From Laetmonice hystrix (taxonomy: Eukaryota), in assembly GCA_965235115.1 (NCBI GenBank), contig OZ249438.1:22196001-22260000 (forward strand): a stretch of 64,000 bases of DNA, given 5' to 3'. This document shows, in pieces, positions 13,908 to 28,297 of this stretch (position 1 is the first letter of the stretch; each line of letters begins with the position of its first letter). Below the pieces are notes generated by a model that was not told where the DNA came from, made no database searches, and was given only the letters and a program-made list of their open reading frames with translations. Both the position numbers and the translations under genes were made by a program.

Positions 13908-15828
13908 GAAAGCTAGGAAGGGTTAAGTAACTCTCTGTTGTTCTTCGAAGTATCGGAATATTCTTTGTGTTTTGCAGATCCCATTTGCAATTGGCCACAT
14001 CCCGGTGTGCATCAAGTTTCTTCCCCTGTTTCACCATCCGTCTTGCATGCATCCTTTAATAACAAAAACCTTTGAGAACTCTATCCGTGGTCAATTAATG
14101 CGCTAGGTCCCTTTGAATACATTGCCCTTTTCTCCGAGCACCAAAGAATGAGGTCTGGTATGGCGTACCTAAGGATATGACACGTTAGGTCCTAACTAAT
14201 GTGAGAGGTTTAATGTCCGGAGTTGCTGCTAGTGACATGTGTGCTGTAGTCTTCTCCAAGACAACGGTAAAATATGTGAAACCTGTGGCAGGTGGTTGGC
14301 CTATACATGGAGCGGTGCACGGCTTGCTTGGGACGGCACAATGTGCTTGATTTTACCTATACCATTAACAACAGCAACGTTTAAACAGGGTCCGGATCTC
14401 ACGAGACAATTGGAATTAGGGACGGCAATTTCTGGTGCTCCTGATGGCTCAATGCGAATGGAACAGGTGCTCGGGCCCTTCAACTGTGGCCGATCCTGAC
14501 AGAGCGGCTGGCAGGGTTGGGCTTCCTGTGTACAACTTCTGCTAGTCCTTGCTCGCCGCCACTTCAATAACAAGCAAACGCTCCTCTTCGTCCACTCGAA
14601 ATTTGGTGGAACACGGAAAAGTTTGAATGGCGACTTCTATAGCATGTGTTCCGGAATCGTAATACCGTAAAGCTTGGATAGGAGGGCGCCAATGCCTTCG
14701 TTCTGTTTCCGTGTAATTAGCAAATTAAAGTTTGGAGTGATGTCTCACGACGTCAGTTATAGATCGTAGATCGAGAGACGTCTCTTGCTCGGAGCAGAGG
14801 TACGATAGTATGCCGCTATTCTCGGGAAGGAGAAAGAAATTACAGTTAATAACCAACCAGGTGCGTTGGGGTCATAAATTGATTTGCCTTATACGACATC
14901 AACCGACATTGCCCGAAAGGATGCCAACGAAGCCTGTATTGAGTCAATAGATTTCCAGACGATTTATAGCTTCTCTGGACCAAACACTGTACGAGGACGA
15001 ATCTTTTCTTGGTGGGTAGAAGGGTGTCTATATACGGGGCACTTTAGTGGCACAGCGTGCCTTGTGTTACTATGGGGGTTTCTCGCATAATCTTGGATAA
15101 GCCGGGGTCAGTAGTAGAAATATCTTCCTTGCAAAGCACCACGGCTTTCATATCATCCATCAGTGGTCTCCAGATGCGATCTTCTAATCCCCTAAGATTA
15201 ACTCCCGGTGGGTAAAAATGCTTTTCTTCTGACCAGCCGTCTGAGGGAGGATGATTGAGGGGCGCGCAGGACGATATATGCCACATCCCATAATACCAAT
15301 CAAAGCGTCGCTCAGTTCACGTGTCTCGCCGTACGCGGAGCGGGAGTGCGGACACGCAGGACAATGACGTTTTAATTATATCGCGCGTCCGTAAACGTCG
15401 AGTGGTCCCTAATCGCCGGTGATCCCCAGTTGATCCGAGGATAACGTAACGGGGGGCTGAGCCGATCCTCACGGGCTGCTGGGCACTGGGCGCAATCTGT
15501 GTGGCCGAATGATCCCCAGGGAGCATGCGCAATGGCGTTGCTGGGACTGTCCGCGCCCATCGGACATTTCATCCATCCCCCGTCCGTGCCCATCAGACGC
15601 ACAGCACCCAGATTAATGGAGAGAGATGATCCTTTATCGCCACTATAAACAGATCGCTTCGGCCAATGTGTCTACCACGTCGGTTTTAATTACTCGCTTT
15701 GTATGGAGACTGGTTCTATGTGGGCGATATTTGAGGTGGTGACGGTCACAAAGGCGTGGCTATCCGTTATAATGTTAGCTGGCCTACAGCTCCGATTCGT
15801 CTTGGTCACTGCAATTGTATACGTCTAG

Positions 15829-15842
15829 CCACCAGAGGGCAG
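15829..15842 (+). promoter_or_regulatory. CTCF core motif CCACCAGAGGGCAG
   Basis: Exact match to CCASYAGRKGGCRS in the context TAGCCACCAGAGGGCAGTA; roughly 0.03 exact matches expected by chance in this window. Confidence 0.55.
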
Positions 15843-17577
15843 TATCATTTTCCGGTCGGCATTGCGCAATCAGCACCAAAACCATGGTTATCAGTCACCA
15901 TGTCAGAAGACCAGTGGCTATGACAGGTCTTTGGCCTTGCTTATTGCAGAACTATTTATAATTCATGACAAAAGAGACAAAACAATAGGAAAACATTATC
16001 ATTGCCATATAGCTCGCCACTTCTATTATGGCCACATGAATTGTTTATATTCAAGCCGTTTGTACAAGTATAGGCCTTATTCCAATGGACGTTGTACATT
16101 TGGGTGAATTTACACAATTCAGATGCTGTTCTGTGGTTATGAGTTACATAACGACTTAATTCTATTAATTTCCTTGACAAAATTTCATTGATTTATATTT
16201 CATGTGTTCATAGAGCATTAAAAATATTTAATATAGAAAGAAGATTAAATGGGGCAGGTCCTTAATTCATTTGCCACGAGCGTTTCAAAAGATATAAAAG
16301 GCAATCGTAAGTTATGTAAATCTGTTTTCATATAGATCTTGCTATTTGTAAAATACAAATATTTGTGAAATGCAACTACAAAGACTCTGATTTCTGTACA
16401 TTTTTGCTAATTAGTCAATTTGAGGGGGAAATTTTTCAGATAATTCAGCTCAGGGGCATACCATGCACACTATGCACAAACTTCCCCTCTTGTGAACTGC
16501 GTGGGTGTCGTGTTTGTTTCCTGCATGGGTGTTAGTTTTGCCCGAACACGACCTTCTTGACTCGTCCAACCATTAGGCCTCCGAGACGTTCCTGCTTCAC
16601 GAGTTGCCAAAACACCATACTAGTTAGCATTCGGCAGCGGCGCCTGCAGTACTTTACGATTTCGCCACGTTGACTTCAATTGGATTATAATTTTAGCTGG
16701 GGGTCGATGTTGTAATTTCTGTCGCATGACAATTACAGTCTCATCAGTCCAAACTTTGTCGGCAATTCCGCGCGATTTACTCAGGTTTCCGGCTTAGCGA
16801 GCATTCCTGGATTCTGCCGAGTCTTTCATTAAAGAACTTTGCACATACTTGTAGATTTTCCTGGACTGTAAATTATTTACCAAAGGGCATACGGTGGTTA
16901 ATTGAATTTTATTACGGCAGAGGCGCACCAAGTTGGGTGTTGTCATTGTTGCCTATATACGCTACTGTAGTTGTTAATGAAGTGTTCAGTATAGCCCACA
17001 ATGGTAATGATCATTAACTTCATCTTTCAGACCGCCTCCAGACTGACGCTGCAGCACGCTCCAACCGACGGCTCCTGTTTCTATATAGGGTATATAGGGC
17101 CTGTAGATTGTCGTATGCGTCATATCAACCCCACCCCAGCATTGACTCTATATGTTGGGGACATCAAATAATGTATGTACGGTATGGGGATGTGACGTTA
17201 TATATAGTCACCCGTTACATCATGGGATTGATACTTACATAGGTTGGTTGGTTGTTTAGGCTGTCATCAGAAAGTGACCGAAGCTGGTACATGTGTATCA
17301 TGTCGTTGTTTACATCTGACAACGATTATCATGAGATGTACCCACAGTACTTACAATATGTATATCATTTACTGCCTGTCCTTAGATCATGTACATGAAC
17401 TATACGCGGTTTTGACACAGCATGTAAGGGTCTGTAATTGTTGACTGTGAGATCCATCTTAATTATTCAAAAAGGGGAAAATTGAGTCACAGATATTCAA
17501 ATAGGTCTACATAGCGACTGCTAATCCCGTATAGATCCAGTACACGAGAACGGGATACATAGGTCAACAGAAGAAGA

Positions 17578-17761
17578 NNNNNNNNNNNNNNNNNNNNNNN
17601 NNNNNNNNNNNNNNNNNNNNNNNNNNNNNNNNNNNNNNNNNNNNNNNNNNNNNNNNNNNNNNNNNNNNNNNNNNNNNNNNNNNNNNNNNNNNNNNNNNNN
17701 NNNNNNNNNNNNNNNNNNNNNNNNNNNNNNNNNNNNNNNNNNNNNNNNNNNNNNNNNNNNN
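17578..17761. other. Assembly gap (184 N)
   Basis: Run of N. Confidence 1.
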
Positions 17762-19271
17762 ATATTGTCGGGGTAGAGAATATTCGCTCGGATTTCCCGT
17801 TCTCAGATCATCATTCTATACGGTATGTCATTGTGGACGTGACGCCTCCGTCCCGGGTGACATTTCATTATTCTGGGAGGTCCACCAACCAATGACCTCC
17901 TGTTGACTGAAGGGACAGCGGGACAGCAGATGAATGTCAAAGATGCCCGCCTGTTAACAATACACCGGTCGGCCCCTGTCACTGGCAGCGACACGTCGTC
18001 ATGGAGAAGGTCCTTCTCCCAGCTGACGACCACACCACATATTGGTTCCAAGACTCGAGAAACGTCGGGAATGGACGCCGCCCGGACGCTGACTACTGGG
18101 TGCCATCCCCCATAATGGCCCGCCGGCCAGATGGAAAGGGTCGCTCCGTGAATAGCGTGCGGCAGTCCCGCCGTTGCCCTTGGCGTTCCTCTTCCTTCGG
18201 ATGTGTAGGAAGTGAAGAAGAGGAGCCGGCGGTGGTGTCATGTCTGTCCTGGCTGTCAATATAGCTCGTCGAGCTAACCCTACTTTCTTCCAGATCTTGA
18301 TGATGCCATTGCCTGTGCTGATGTTGCAGCAGCCTGCAAGTGCTCGGCCACTTAGTGGGCCGCCGGCCGCCCACCTTTCGCACGGTGACGCCCTCCCGCG
18401 CGTGCCTTCTACAATGCCGGATACTCGTTACCCTCCAATGACACGTTAGCCAGCTTTTTGGCCAGCAGGTGAAAGATGATTATTTTAATTTACGCTCCCT
18501 CTCGCCTCCGTGTTGACCGGCGGGGACAGGGGTAAAAGGCAGGGGGTTTAATTAGGAGAAAAGGCAGGAGAAATGGGCACCAAGCGAGTGTCCGCGCGGT
18601 GGAGGCGGTGACAGGCGACCGAGGCCGTTGATCGGCTGGCGGGTGGCCCCGGGGCTAGGGGTCCGATTGTCGGGGACGTACAGGCCATCAGGCGGCCATC
18701 AGACGGTCATTATTAACCCGATCACCGACCGTTCTTACAACCGCTCGGCGCCAACGGTCGCCGACCCACGCACCGTCAGCCGGTCTGCCCAGGCTTTCTC
18801 GATGGACAGACGACATAATGGTATTATATTTATTATCTTATAAACATAATAATCCATGGGACCAGATCCACGATCAGGGCAACCATTATCCCTGTAAAGT
18901 AATTTTACGTGTTCTGGCGTCACCTGAATGTTTTATAATGTATAAATTTATGTTTAGGTCAGAAGTCTTCTGTGATTGCTGGCCGGGGGGATCCACGAAT
19001 AGCTGTCGGGGGAACAACTAAACTAAAAAATGGACATGACTGTGATAGGTGGATCAAGAACGCTGACTTTATGAATGGTTCATCACATTGAGACACTCGA
19101 TATCGATAAAATCAGATAGTAAACCTTGACTTACAGCTAGAGGAAAAAAAGTAGAAAGATGGACAGAACCTGGTTAGCTTAATGTCTCAAAGAAAGAAGA
19201 AAGAAAAGAAAGAATGAAATGGAAAATATTAAGAAGGAGAAGCATGAAAAGGGCGGAAAAAGAAAGGATAT

Positions 19272-19940
19272 ACAAATGTAGGCCTATATAACCTCCTTAC
19301 AAACTTACAAATGTAGGCCTATATAATCCCCTTACAAACTTACAAATGTAGGCCTATATAACCTCCTTACAAACTTACAAATGTAGGCCTATATAATCCC
19401 CTTACAAACTTACAAATGTAGGCCTATATAACCTCCTTACAAACTTACAAATGTAGGCCTAAATAACCTCCTTACAAACTTACAAATGTGGGCCTATATA
19501 ACCTCCTTACAAACTTACAAATGTAGGCCTATATAATCCCCTTACAAACTTACAAATGTAGGCCTATATAACCTCCTTACAAACTTACAAATGTAGGCCT
19601 ATATAACCTCCTTACAAACTTACAAATGTAGGCCTTTATAACCTCCTTACAAACTTACAAATGTAGGCCTATATAACCTCCTTACAAACTTACAAATGTA
19701 GGCCTATAACCTCCTTACAAACTTACAAATGTAGGCCTATATAACCTTCTTACAAACTTACAAATGTAGGCCTATATAACCCCCTTACAAACTTATAAAT
19801 GTAGACCTATATAACCTCCTTACAAACTTACAAATGTAGGCCTATATAACCTCCTTACAAACTTACAAATGTAGGCCTATATAACCTCCTTACAAACTTA
19901 CAAATGTAGGCCTAAATAACCTCCTTACAAACTTACAAAA
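19272..19940. repeat. Minisatellite, 35-bp unit ACAAATGTAGGCCTATATAACCTCCTTACAAACTT, about 19 copies
   Basis: Direct periodicity with high identity; most units contain TAGGCCTA. Confidence 0.98.
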
Positions 19941-22355
19941 GGGAAATGGGAATGACGTTAATAAAGATGCTGGTATGTGTCAAACCAAAGCCGAACTGTG
20001 CCGCCCTAATGACAGACAACCTTTCTGTGGAGAAAACATTTCCGGCGTGCCAGCCATTACGTCACAGTTGACATGGCCCCACGTGACATTGACCGACGTA
20101 TTCCCGTCCTAATGCTCCTCATGATGGCGTCGTAACCCCGCCTGAGACGTCAACTAACAACTTCATACACATTTATTATTACGAGGCACCGGACACTGGC
20201 AGAAGTCGGTAACTTCTTGGCCCCGAAATCCCTTTCGGGGAAGGCTGTCATTGGGTTGTGGAGTGAGGCGGTATTAGCGCGGCGAGCCGGACAGAGTGGA
20301 CAGGTTGACGGGTCCGTGCCCGGGTTAGTGGTGTAGGTCAGGCAGAGATCACGACAGCCAATGATCCCCACTGTCAGCGGGGCCACCGTCAAACACCGCT
20401 GACCAATTTCCGAGAGGAAGGCCCCATGGCCCGCGGGGTATTAACCAAGTAGACGGTGAACATGACAGCCACCACCACCTCATAAGTCGATGGATGACCT
20501 GGAGCCAAGACGGCTGGGAGGCCGCTGGGAGGTGGGCTGCTGTCTTGGCTCGCTATCCGATGGCGATGACCGTTTTATCAGAGTTTATTTCACCATACAG
20601 TCACCTTACGTGGGATTAGATACGTGTTAAACACGGAGACTAATACCTTTATCTATAAATTAATTGACATAAGTTAATAGGCGGTATAAGTTATACCTTG
20701 CCAGTGCTGTTCTGACCCCATCATGCAGCACACCTTGCACGTAAGGTGGACGTTTGTCCTCGATATAAGTATCAACGGGTGTGTATAATGTCTATCAGTT
20801 CGCAGGGCATAACAATATCTTCAATTATATAATAAACGTACATGTTGATTGATTGGTGTGGTGATCATGCAAACTTGTCAATCATCTCAATGAGACGTCA
20901 TCTCTTCCTGCATAGACCGTCTGGTTTTCTCTCTTGTTTAATCTTTGGAGAGAGAAAAAATGCTCTAGTCTGACCTCCACAAACAATCGTAGGTCAGGTC
21001 TCAGGATTCATAATTATACCCACTGTTGGGAGAGAAAATTCAAAAGCAAACAGCCAAAAGTACATTAGCTTATCCCTAGAGCAGCATCCTCTTATATTTT
21101 TAAAGAGTACACCATGCAATCTGTCTTAATTGTTTAAACAAGTGTGCACGTCTGATATATAGATCTAGGCCTATACTATAGGGTTGACATAATCAAGCAG
21201 TTTATCTGAGAAATGTTTTTTCCCGAGACGTCATCATACACAACCGCGGTCCGAAAGGCCGTGGAGTGGCAGACCATGCAGACAGCTTGACGTTACGTTT
21301 GTCATAATACATGACCTGCCATGGAGAACGGCGAGTGTTGGTCGTCTGCGTGTAGTACGCCAAAGTCACTGAAGAGGGACCTAGTTGTCGCTGGTCACCC
21401 TACCGATGACACTTGCTTCGTCTTGCCCAGCATTCTTTGTTACGTAGAGTCGCCTAACGCCAATCTCAAGATGGCCGCCCACATCAGTTCGAGCATCTCC
21501 TAGGTTACCGTGCTACTTGGTAACGATACCAACCAAGGGCGCTCGAGTGTGAGGCCGAGTGATTGGTGATGGTTGTGGAGGGGGTTGGGAGGTCGGTGGA
21601 AGAGGGGGACGGGGGGGGGGGGGTTGGTGGAGGGGTGTGTAGGGGGAGCCGGTTTGGGAAGCCCTCTGACACGGCACGTCCAAAGTTCGGGACCTCGGCT
21701 CCCCATCCGTGTCCGCTGGCGTTATTTTTATGGAGGAAAAAAAAGCTCGTGCAGTTTGAAATGCCACCATTGACATGGGAGCCAGTGGACCACGTCTTGG
21801 TCACAAAGCGGCCTGGCGAGGGACTGACGGCGGCAGTGACCCGGCGAGTCCTGGCCGCGACCTCTGCAGGCGGGCTACTCGGGTATCAGGCCTCCTCCCG
21901 AGCAAACTCCCAGCCCAACACAAATCAAACTCTTTTCGTGCTCCTTTTGTGCAGTTACAGTATTTAATTGTTGAAACTTAATGATATTTTGCACTGCAGC
22001 GTCCAAGCAACCAATAGGCCTACTGTCACCACCTACTGCCTCAGGCTCATCAGTCGACCGTGTCGTGATAACATTCGTGAAGTATCGACCCACTAAAAAA
22101 AGGTAGTCTGTCTTGTGCACGGACATATAATTTATATATAGGTCCTGTACCAGTATATAGGGTGGGCATATAGGAGTGAGAAAAGAAAAGGATGAGTCTT
22201 AGCGATATAGAGGCTCTGCATGTACAGAGGCCTCTGTAATGCCAACTAAAGCTCGAGTATGATGTGAAAGGATTTCTTTGTAAGGATATGTATCTGTTTT
22301 GGACTATTGTGACAATAACCCTCCTCCTATAGTCCTATAGTCCTGGTTCCTGTCG

Positions 22356-22432
22356 TCCTCCTCCTCCTCCTCCTCCTCTTCCTTCTCCTCCTCTTCCTCC
22401 CCCTCCTCCTTCTCCCTCCTCCTCCCCCTCCT
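22356..22432. repeat. Imperfect (CCT)n pyrimidine tract
   Basis: Direct reading. Confidence 0.9.
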
Positions 22433-25400
22433 ACTATACTACATGTACTTCCACTACAACTATCACAAGTAAATTGTAATTTGTATCAACTGTTGATATT
22501 CGTTGGAGGGCAACATTTTCATTGTTATTCAAGCCACGTGAAACAATACATTGAGACTTCTTATGAAAACCTGTTGTGCGGTACATTAACTGATGAGATC
22601 TTCCTCTGTGTGGAGTCGCCATGACCGTATACACGAACAAAACAAGACCGGCAGGCACTCATGACGTATGGTTTGGGATTGTACAGGGGCAACGGAAACA
22701 ATTGTTCTTTTGCTATGTACATATCTATTTCCCTTCACCTAGCAAAACCGAAGGAAAGGGGAGACTTCAATCGGAAATAGAGATGATATTATGATCCGCG
22801 TGGTATGATCAACACCCGCTGATGAAACTTTAGCCAGGACAACGACTTCTATAAGTTACATGTTTAACATGATACCTGATACATGAAGAAACCCTACTGG
22901 TCAGATTCATGTCATATCAGGCTACAAACAGAGAAACTCGGCATGCTCGTAATTATCGTAAGGTATTCCCGTTTTTATTGAAGTGAAATAGTGGGCGATG
23001 GGCTGGTGGGTGGACGTGTCACACTTATCAGATCTTCACTATATCAATGGCGGCCATGGACGCTGGGTCAGACATCCGTCGTTTGCCACCCCCTCCCGCA
23101 CCACTGCCCTCTCTACCATACCCCCTCCCTCCGCACACCCCCTCTCCTCCCCCACCACTGCCCCCTCCTACCGACCCAGTTTTGGGCGACTTCTACCAAG
23201 CGCAATACACCCCTCTTAGCTTGATCTATAGGCTCTCCTGGTTCTGATTAGGTGGACCGTGCGAGCGCCTATCATTGCTATTTTGAAATGTGGGCCTGAC
23301 TTTCACTTGGACCTCTAGTTGCTTAGAAATTACAGGTTTGGCGCTGTAACCTGGACCCTCAGCCTACATGCCCCCTCTAGTTGAGAGATCCAGTATCAGG
23401 GTAGGCTTTGTTTGGAGAGGTCAAACACCCCCTCGGCCGCCCTCGATCGCGGAAGGAGCCAAGGTCAGGCACAGACGATAAGCGTAACCGAATAGGTGAC
23501 CGCCAACTTACGCTAACCTAGTTTTGTCTGGGTGTCTGGGGTTGGGACCAGACTTGACCGACCAGTTCTAACTTGGGCGAGGGTGGGGGTTCGTTCACTG
23601 TTCCAGGGTAAACATGATCTCGGCAGGGTAGAGTTGGAGATGATATCTGGGTGGCTCACCATCCCGGAATGTGGGCTAATACAGGGTACACCTGTTCAAA
23701 ATGCTACCGCATGTTGTCGGCTGACAGGGCCTTGGGGCCCAGCCAGATACTATTGCAGTATTGGACAAGTTTAAACTTTGCGCTTTAGCCGAGTTCGAGA
23801 AACAAAGTTTCTGCAGAGTTGCTCCTAAAATGTGTGTAACATAGTGTTGTTGAAAAGTTGGCATTATCGAAGGGGGTTCAACAGGCTTTTATCTTTCCTT
23901 CCACTGTTTCTTTCAAACAATTTCATGACATAGAATCACGCCGCCAGTGATTTTCTTCGTCCTGTTCTTTCTGTTTCACCAAATACACCTTCTGGTTATT
24001 GTGAAATGAAAACTCAGCAACAATAATAAGTCATCTTTAAAACGTTAAGTGATCTAAAACATATACATGTGTGTGCGTGTGAGGGTGCGGTGGGGTGTAT
24101 GTGTGCGTGTATGTGTAATATTGGAGTAATAGTATCGTGTAATCACGAGGTGGAGATGATCGGGATGATCGTGAGACGAACAGAATGTAAATTTATACAT
24201 CTGCGCACAATGTAGGCCCACACTGCTGTACGCTGATATTATTATTATAGGTGTGTTTACGAATAATATTAGTTTCGATTACATAAAGGGGTACTTCTTT
24301 TTAAATATTATTAATATATAGTAGATTAATAGTACTGCCATCATAATGTCGCAGGGTTTTCAACATGATTAACTTTCCCCAAATTTTCAAGGTTATTCTG
24401 CGAGCAAATGGACACCTTAAAATTACAATGACCGCGAGGCAAAAACACAAAAGAAAGAAGAGCAGACTGGCGAAACTGCCGTTTGCGAAGATTAAGGAGA
24501 GGGATATGGTGTGTTGAAGAAGAACAAAGAAACGTGCAGACGTTGAACGATTGGTTTTAAGAGGCAGATGCGGGGCTGACCTTACAACCAGGATCTGACC
24601 GGTCAAAGGTCAGCAGTGCGTGGACAAATCCCCGTTTTTGAAGGTGACCTCCTAACCTGGCCACCAACGGTCGCTTGTTCGAGAAACATTTGTACTTGAA
24701 AAAATGACGGATTTCTTTTTCAGTCACCGTCATTGGGCTAGATGGATCAAAGTCCGGTTAAAGGTGGGTTGGGCCGTAATCGTGGGACCCGGAGTGGTGG
24801 TGGTCAATGTCGTCATTACTGATCACTGACTGGACACAAGAAGGGGGTGAACCGAACAAGGGGGCGGGCAGCGGGTGATGGATCTCATTTCAATTAATTG
24901 ATAACATCGGTTGGGAGAGCTCATGGTATCAGCACCAAATTGGCTTTTTGTCTTTGGGGTAGGTTTGGGGTGATCAAAGGAAGGTGTACAGGTGAGGGTA
25001 GAAGGGTTGTGAGAGAGGCAGGTCGTGGTGGGGGCGGGGCGGTCGGTGGGCTCACCTCTCGCCCCCTACACGGGGTCCAGCGATCGGTCTGCCGCGCAAT
25101 CATTGGACGCCCTGACGGTTCCGAGCGTGCGCGCTCGTTAGTGGTGCGTGACGTGTCGGAAGTCACCGGCCGACCGGCCCTTGTGTCCGCCGCTAATGAC
25201 CATATGGGCGCAAATGGCCACAGAAAGAGCCTGTCACTTTTCCTTTGTTGTCGTATCATCGTACAAGCGCGGCCATTGTCCCTGCCGTCCTTCCCATACA
25301 ACCGTAAACCGGCGGCAGCACTTCGCGGAACGCTAACGTACGAGCGCATTAAACCTCGTTGGCTTTTCACGCGTCTCTCGTGGGGCCCTTTCATTGGCCA

Positions 25401-26696
25401 GCGGAAGTAGCAGGGACATTGTGCCGCTGACAGCGACCGGGCCTGCGACTTGGCCGCAACAAGGCAGCGTGAACAAGGCACCAGTGCTCGGCCTGTCCGC
25501 ACTGTGATATATTGGACCATTTATCCAGCCGTCCGACATGGCTTTTAACTCCTTTAAATGTTTACATCAGCACTGCCGAAGGCATGGCCATGACTTCCCG
25601 GGCCATACATCAAGACACAGACGGCACGAGGGTCACCCCAAGTCGGACGCGCCTATCCCATCGGCCCCTTTGTCACAGCTGACCGGCTTTGTCCCTTTCG
25701 GCCGTCTCACCGTCGTCGTCTTACACAGGTTACGTCGTATTGCGTCAATGCACTACTTTTTTCGGTCATCTATATCCTTGCGCGCACCACCTAGCAACGG
25801 CCAATGAATATAAGGCGGACGTGATCAATTGTTTTCGTTGGACACATGCATGAGAAAATAAATTTTGGGCCGTCATCGCGAAATAATGCTTCGATTGTGT
25901 AGTGAAAATGTCGCGACGTTTATGTGCCGTTCTTGTAGCTTGGCGGCAGTTCCGGTACATTATAGCAGGATCAGTGTGTCATTGTGACTGGCGGTTACGT
26001 CAAGAATGTATTTGCCTATTTGTCTTGGAGCTTCCTGCAGGTTAGTCCGGTGTCAACAGGGGAACAGGGGAACTCAATGGCACCAGGTTCTAGACACAAC
26101 ACATAGAAAGACAAGAACACGTCTCTACACCTTGAGATACACTCCAACTGTGATAGCCTAAACTAATCTGTAGCCGACACACGTAGGTCTAGAGGAGAGA
26201 AACACCTCTGACATGTACTAGTAGGTCCTATTATAAAGTGAAGTGTTCAGCTTGTGTCTTGACGCGTGTCTCAAATACGAAAAACATCAGGCAATAGATG
26301 CAGATAAAAAAAGGGATGAAAACGTGCGCGTCTCAGTCTGTAAGACAAATGGTCTCCAATATACACGTGTCTCATTGACCGGCCCGTGTCCTCTCCGTCC
26401 CGACTGACCAAATATTTACCCGCTAAGTGTCACCGACTTGATGTATTGGAGTCCGGACAAGGGCTCGGCCGGCGTCCAGCGCACCCCTAGTGTCGCGACC
26501 CCCACCCCCACCCCAACCTTCCACCCCAACAACACCCTGGTTACTCAGGCAGCACCGGGAATTCTTTACTACGGAACCCAGCGAAAGTTTACTCAGATCT
26601 CAAAGTTATCGTCCGAAAAATGATCGTCTTGATTTATTAGAGGATGTGGGAGGGTAGAGAGGGAAGGGTGCGAGAATATAGAATCTGCATTATATT

Positions 26697-26765
26697 GTAG
26701 CGTGGCCGAGCTGGGAGTCCGACTGACAATGGGCCTCGGGTTGGGAGGGATCGGACCCCGCCCAG
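26697..26765 (+). other. Degenerate tRNA-like sequence, possible tRNA-derived SINE head
   Basis: Starts GTAGCGTGGCCGAGCTGG, resembling the tRNA-Ser 5' end with an A-box. A T-arm-like GAGGG-ATCGGAC-CCCGC lies about 50 nt downstream with a degenerate B-box. No complete cloverleaf. Confidence 0.28.
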
Positions 26766-28297
26766 GGGTGGGGTCTCATTTGTCACCGACAAGAACACGT
26801 AGACTACAATGGTTTGGCTCCATGGCCGCCCCAGCATCAGCAGCCTCGACCTGGTCCTCAGCCCTCTTACACGGCGCCCCCACGACCTTCCGGCCGTGAT
26901 CGATGTGGATCACCGCCGCTAAGGGCCACGTTTGTGCCTTCCCAGCGGCCCGCTGCAAGTGGATACCATAATACCCGTTACAACGCGGCACACCTGCACA
27001 CCAGGGCCTGTGCCCCCGCTGTGCTTGGAGCAAGCTCCATCGACGCCATGGCGTGACAGGGGCCGGCGAGGCCAGCTCACATGTTGCTGAGTTATGGTCG
27101 TGTTGGCCAAGCCTTGCATTCAGTTATTGCTTCTTACGCCAGCTAATTGTACGTCACCGGAGAACCCTGGTCGGCGACCCTATAAATTTGACATCGGACC
27201 GGTCGCTTGGTGTGGAAATTGTCACCGGGCAAGCGTCACCTGAACGCCCTAGGCTGGCCAGGCCGTGGCGTCTCCGACAAGATATACGCCCCACATAACG
27301 TCCATAAGCGGAGCCGACATGTCAAAACAAGTGATGTAAGTCGCAATAGCCGCGCACATTAAAACGCCTGTGAGCAGTGACTGTCACCAGCCCAGTGGCC
27401 GTTATGGTCAACCGGAGCAGGCCCAGCCGATCGGCCCGGGGACTCAGTGTCCATAGCTCACACCAATTAGGTCGCCATTAACATTCCCGCCATTCCCCGC
27501 CGGCTCATCATGCCCACCGATGGTTGTCATTAATTAGCACAGCCCGACTATTAGTTAACTTGACTGGCGTGACTCGGCCCGTCCACCACTCACCCTGGGC
27601 CAGGCCGGGGTAAACTCGCCTTCAGTCCGGCGGTCATCGGCTCTTAGCCCGTCCACCGTGCCACTTCACGGACCGGACAGGTTTGATTCTGGTACACAAA
27701 TCAACAACAAACATTAGACACAACGATTATGTTATGATGAACATAATTATTCAGATCACATAACGGTTGACAAAAGTCTACAAGGTCTGCCTGAAAGTTG
27801 TTGAAATACCCAAGGGTTGGCTTCATTATATCTCCCCACGTCTTTCTCCTCAAGATGACAAGATTCCCCACTTTATTTGACTCGCTTGAGGGAAGACGAT
27901 TACCACAATAATTTATTAAATCTCGATGACCCGTACTGTTATCATTTAAAAGTACATGTATTCCACATTGAAAGATTGACGTCAGAATATTATTTATTAC
28001 ATGAACGTTTATGGCACAACTGCTGTAAGAAACCCCATTATAAGCTATACCGCTCAGTAAGGAACCTTAAAACGGAGTTAGCATTATTCAGAATGTAATT
28101 TTTTATTGGAGGGCCTGGCCATATGTAGCGTCCAATGGTGAAAAACTTACCTAAATGTTTAGGGAAGAGTCCCTTTATTTCTCCGATCGACTCTGTTGCT
28201 TTAACGGAGCGAACAAACATGTTTCTAACGAAAGAACACGGGGGTTCGAACTGAACCGGAAGTCACCTTCGTTCCTTTTAACCGTTCTCATACCAAA

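Noticed and set aside
25751-25904. CACTAC...GTAGTG as CACTA termini
   Set aside because: Only 6 bp match and there is no 2-3-bp TSD.
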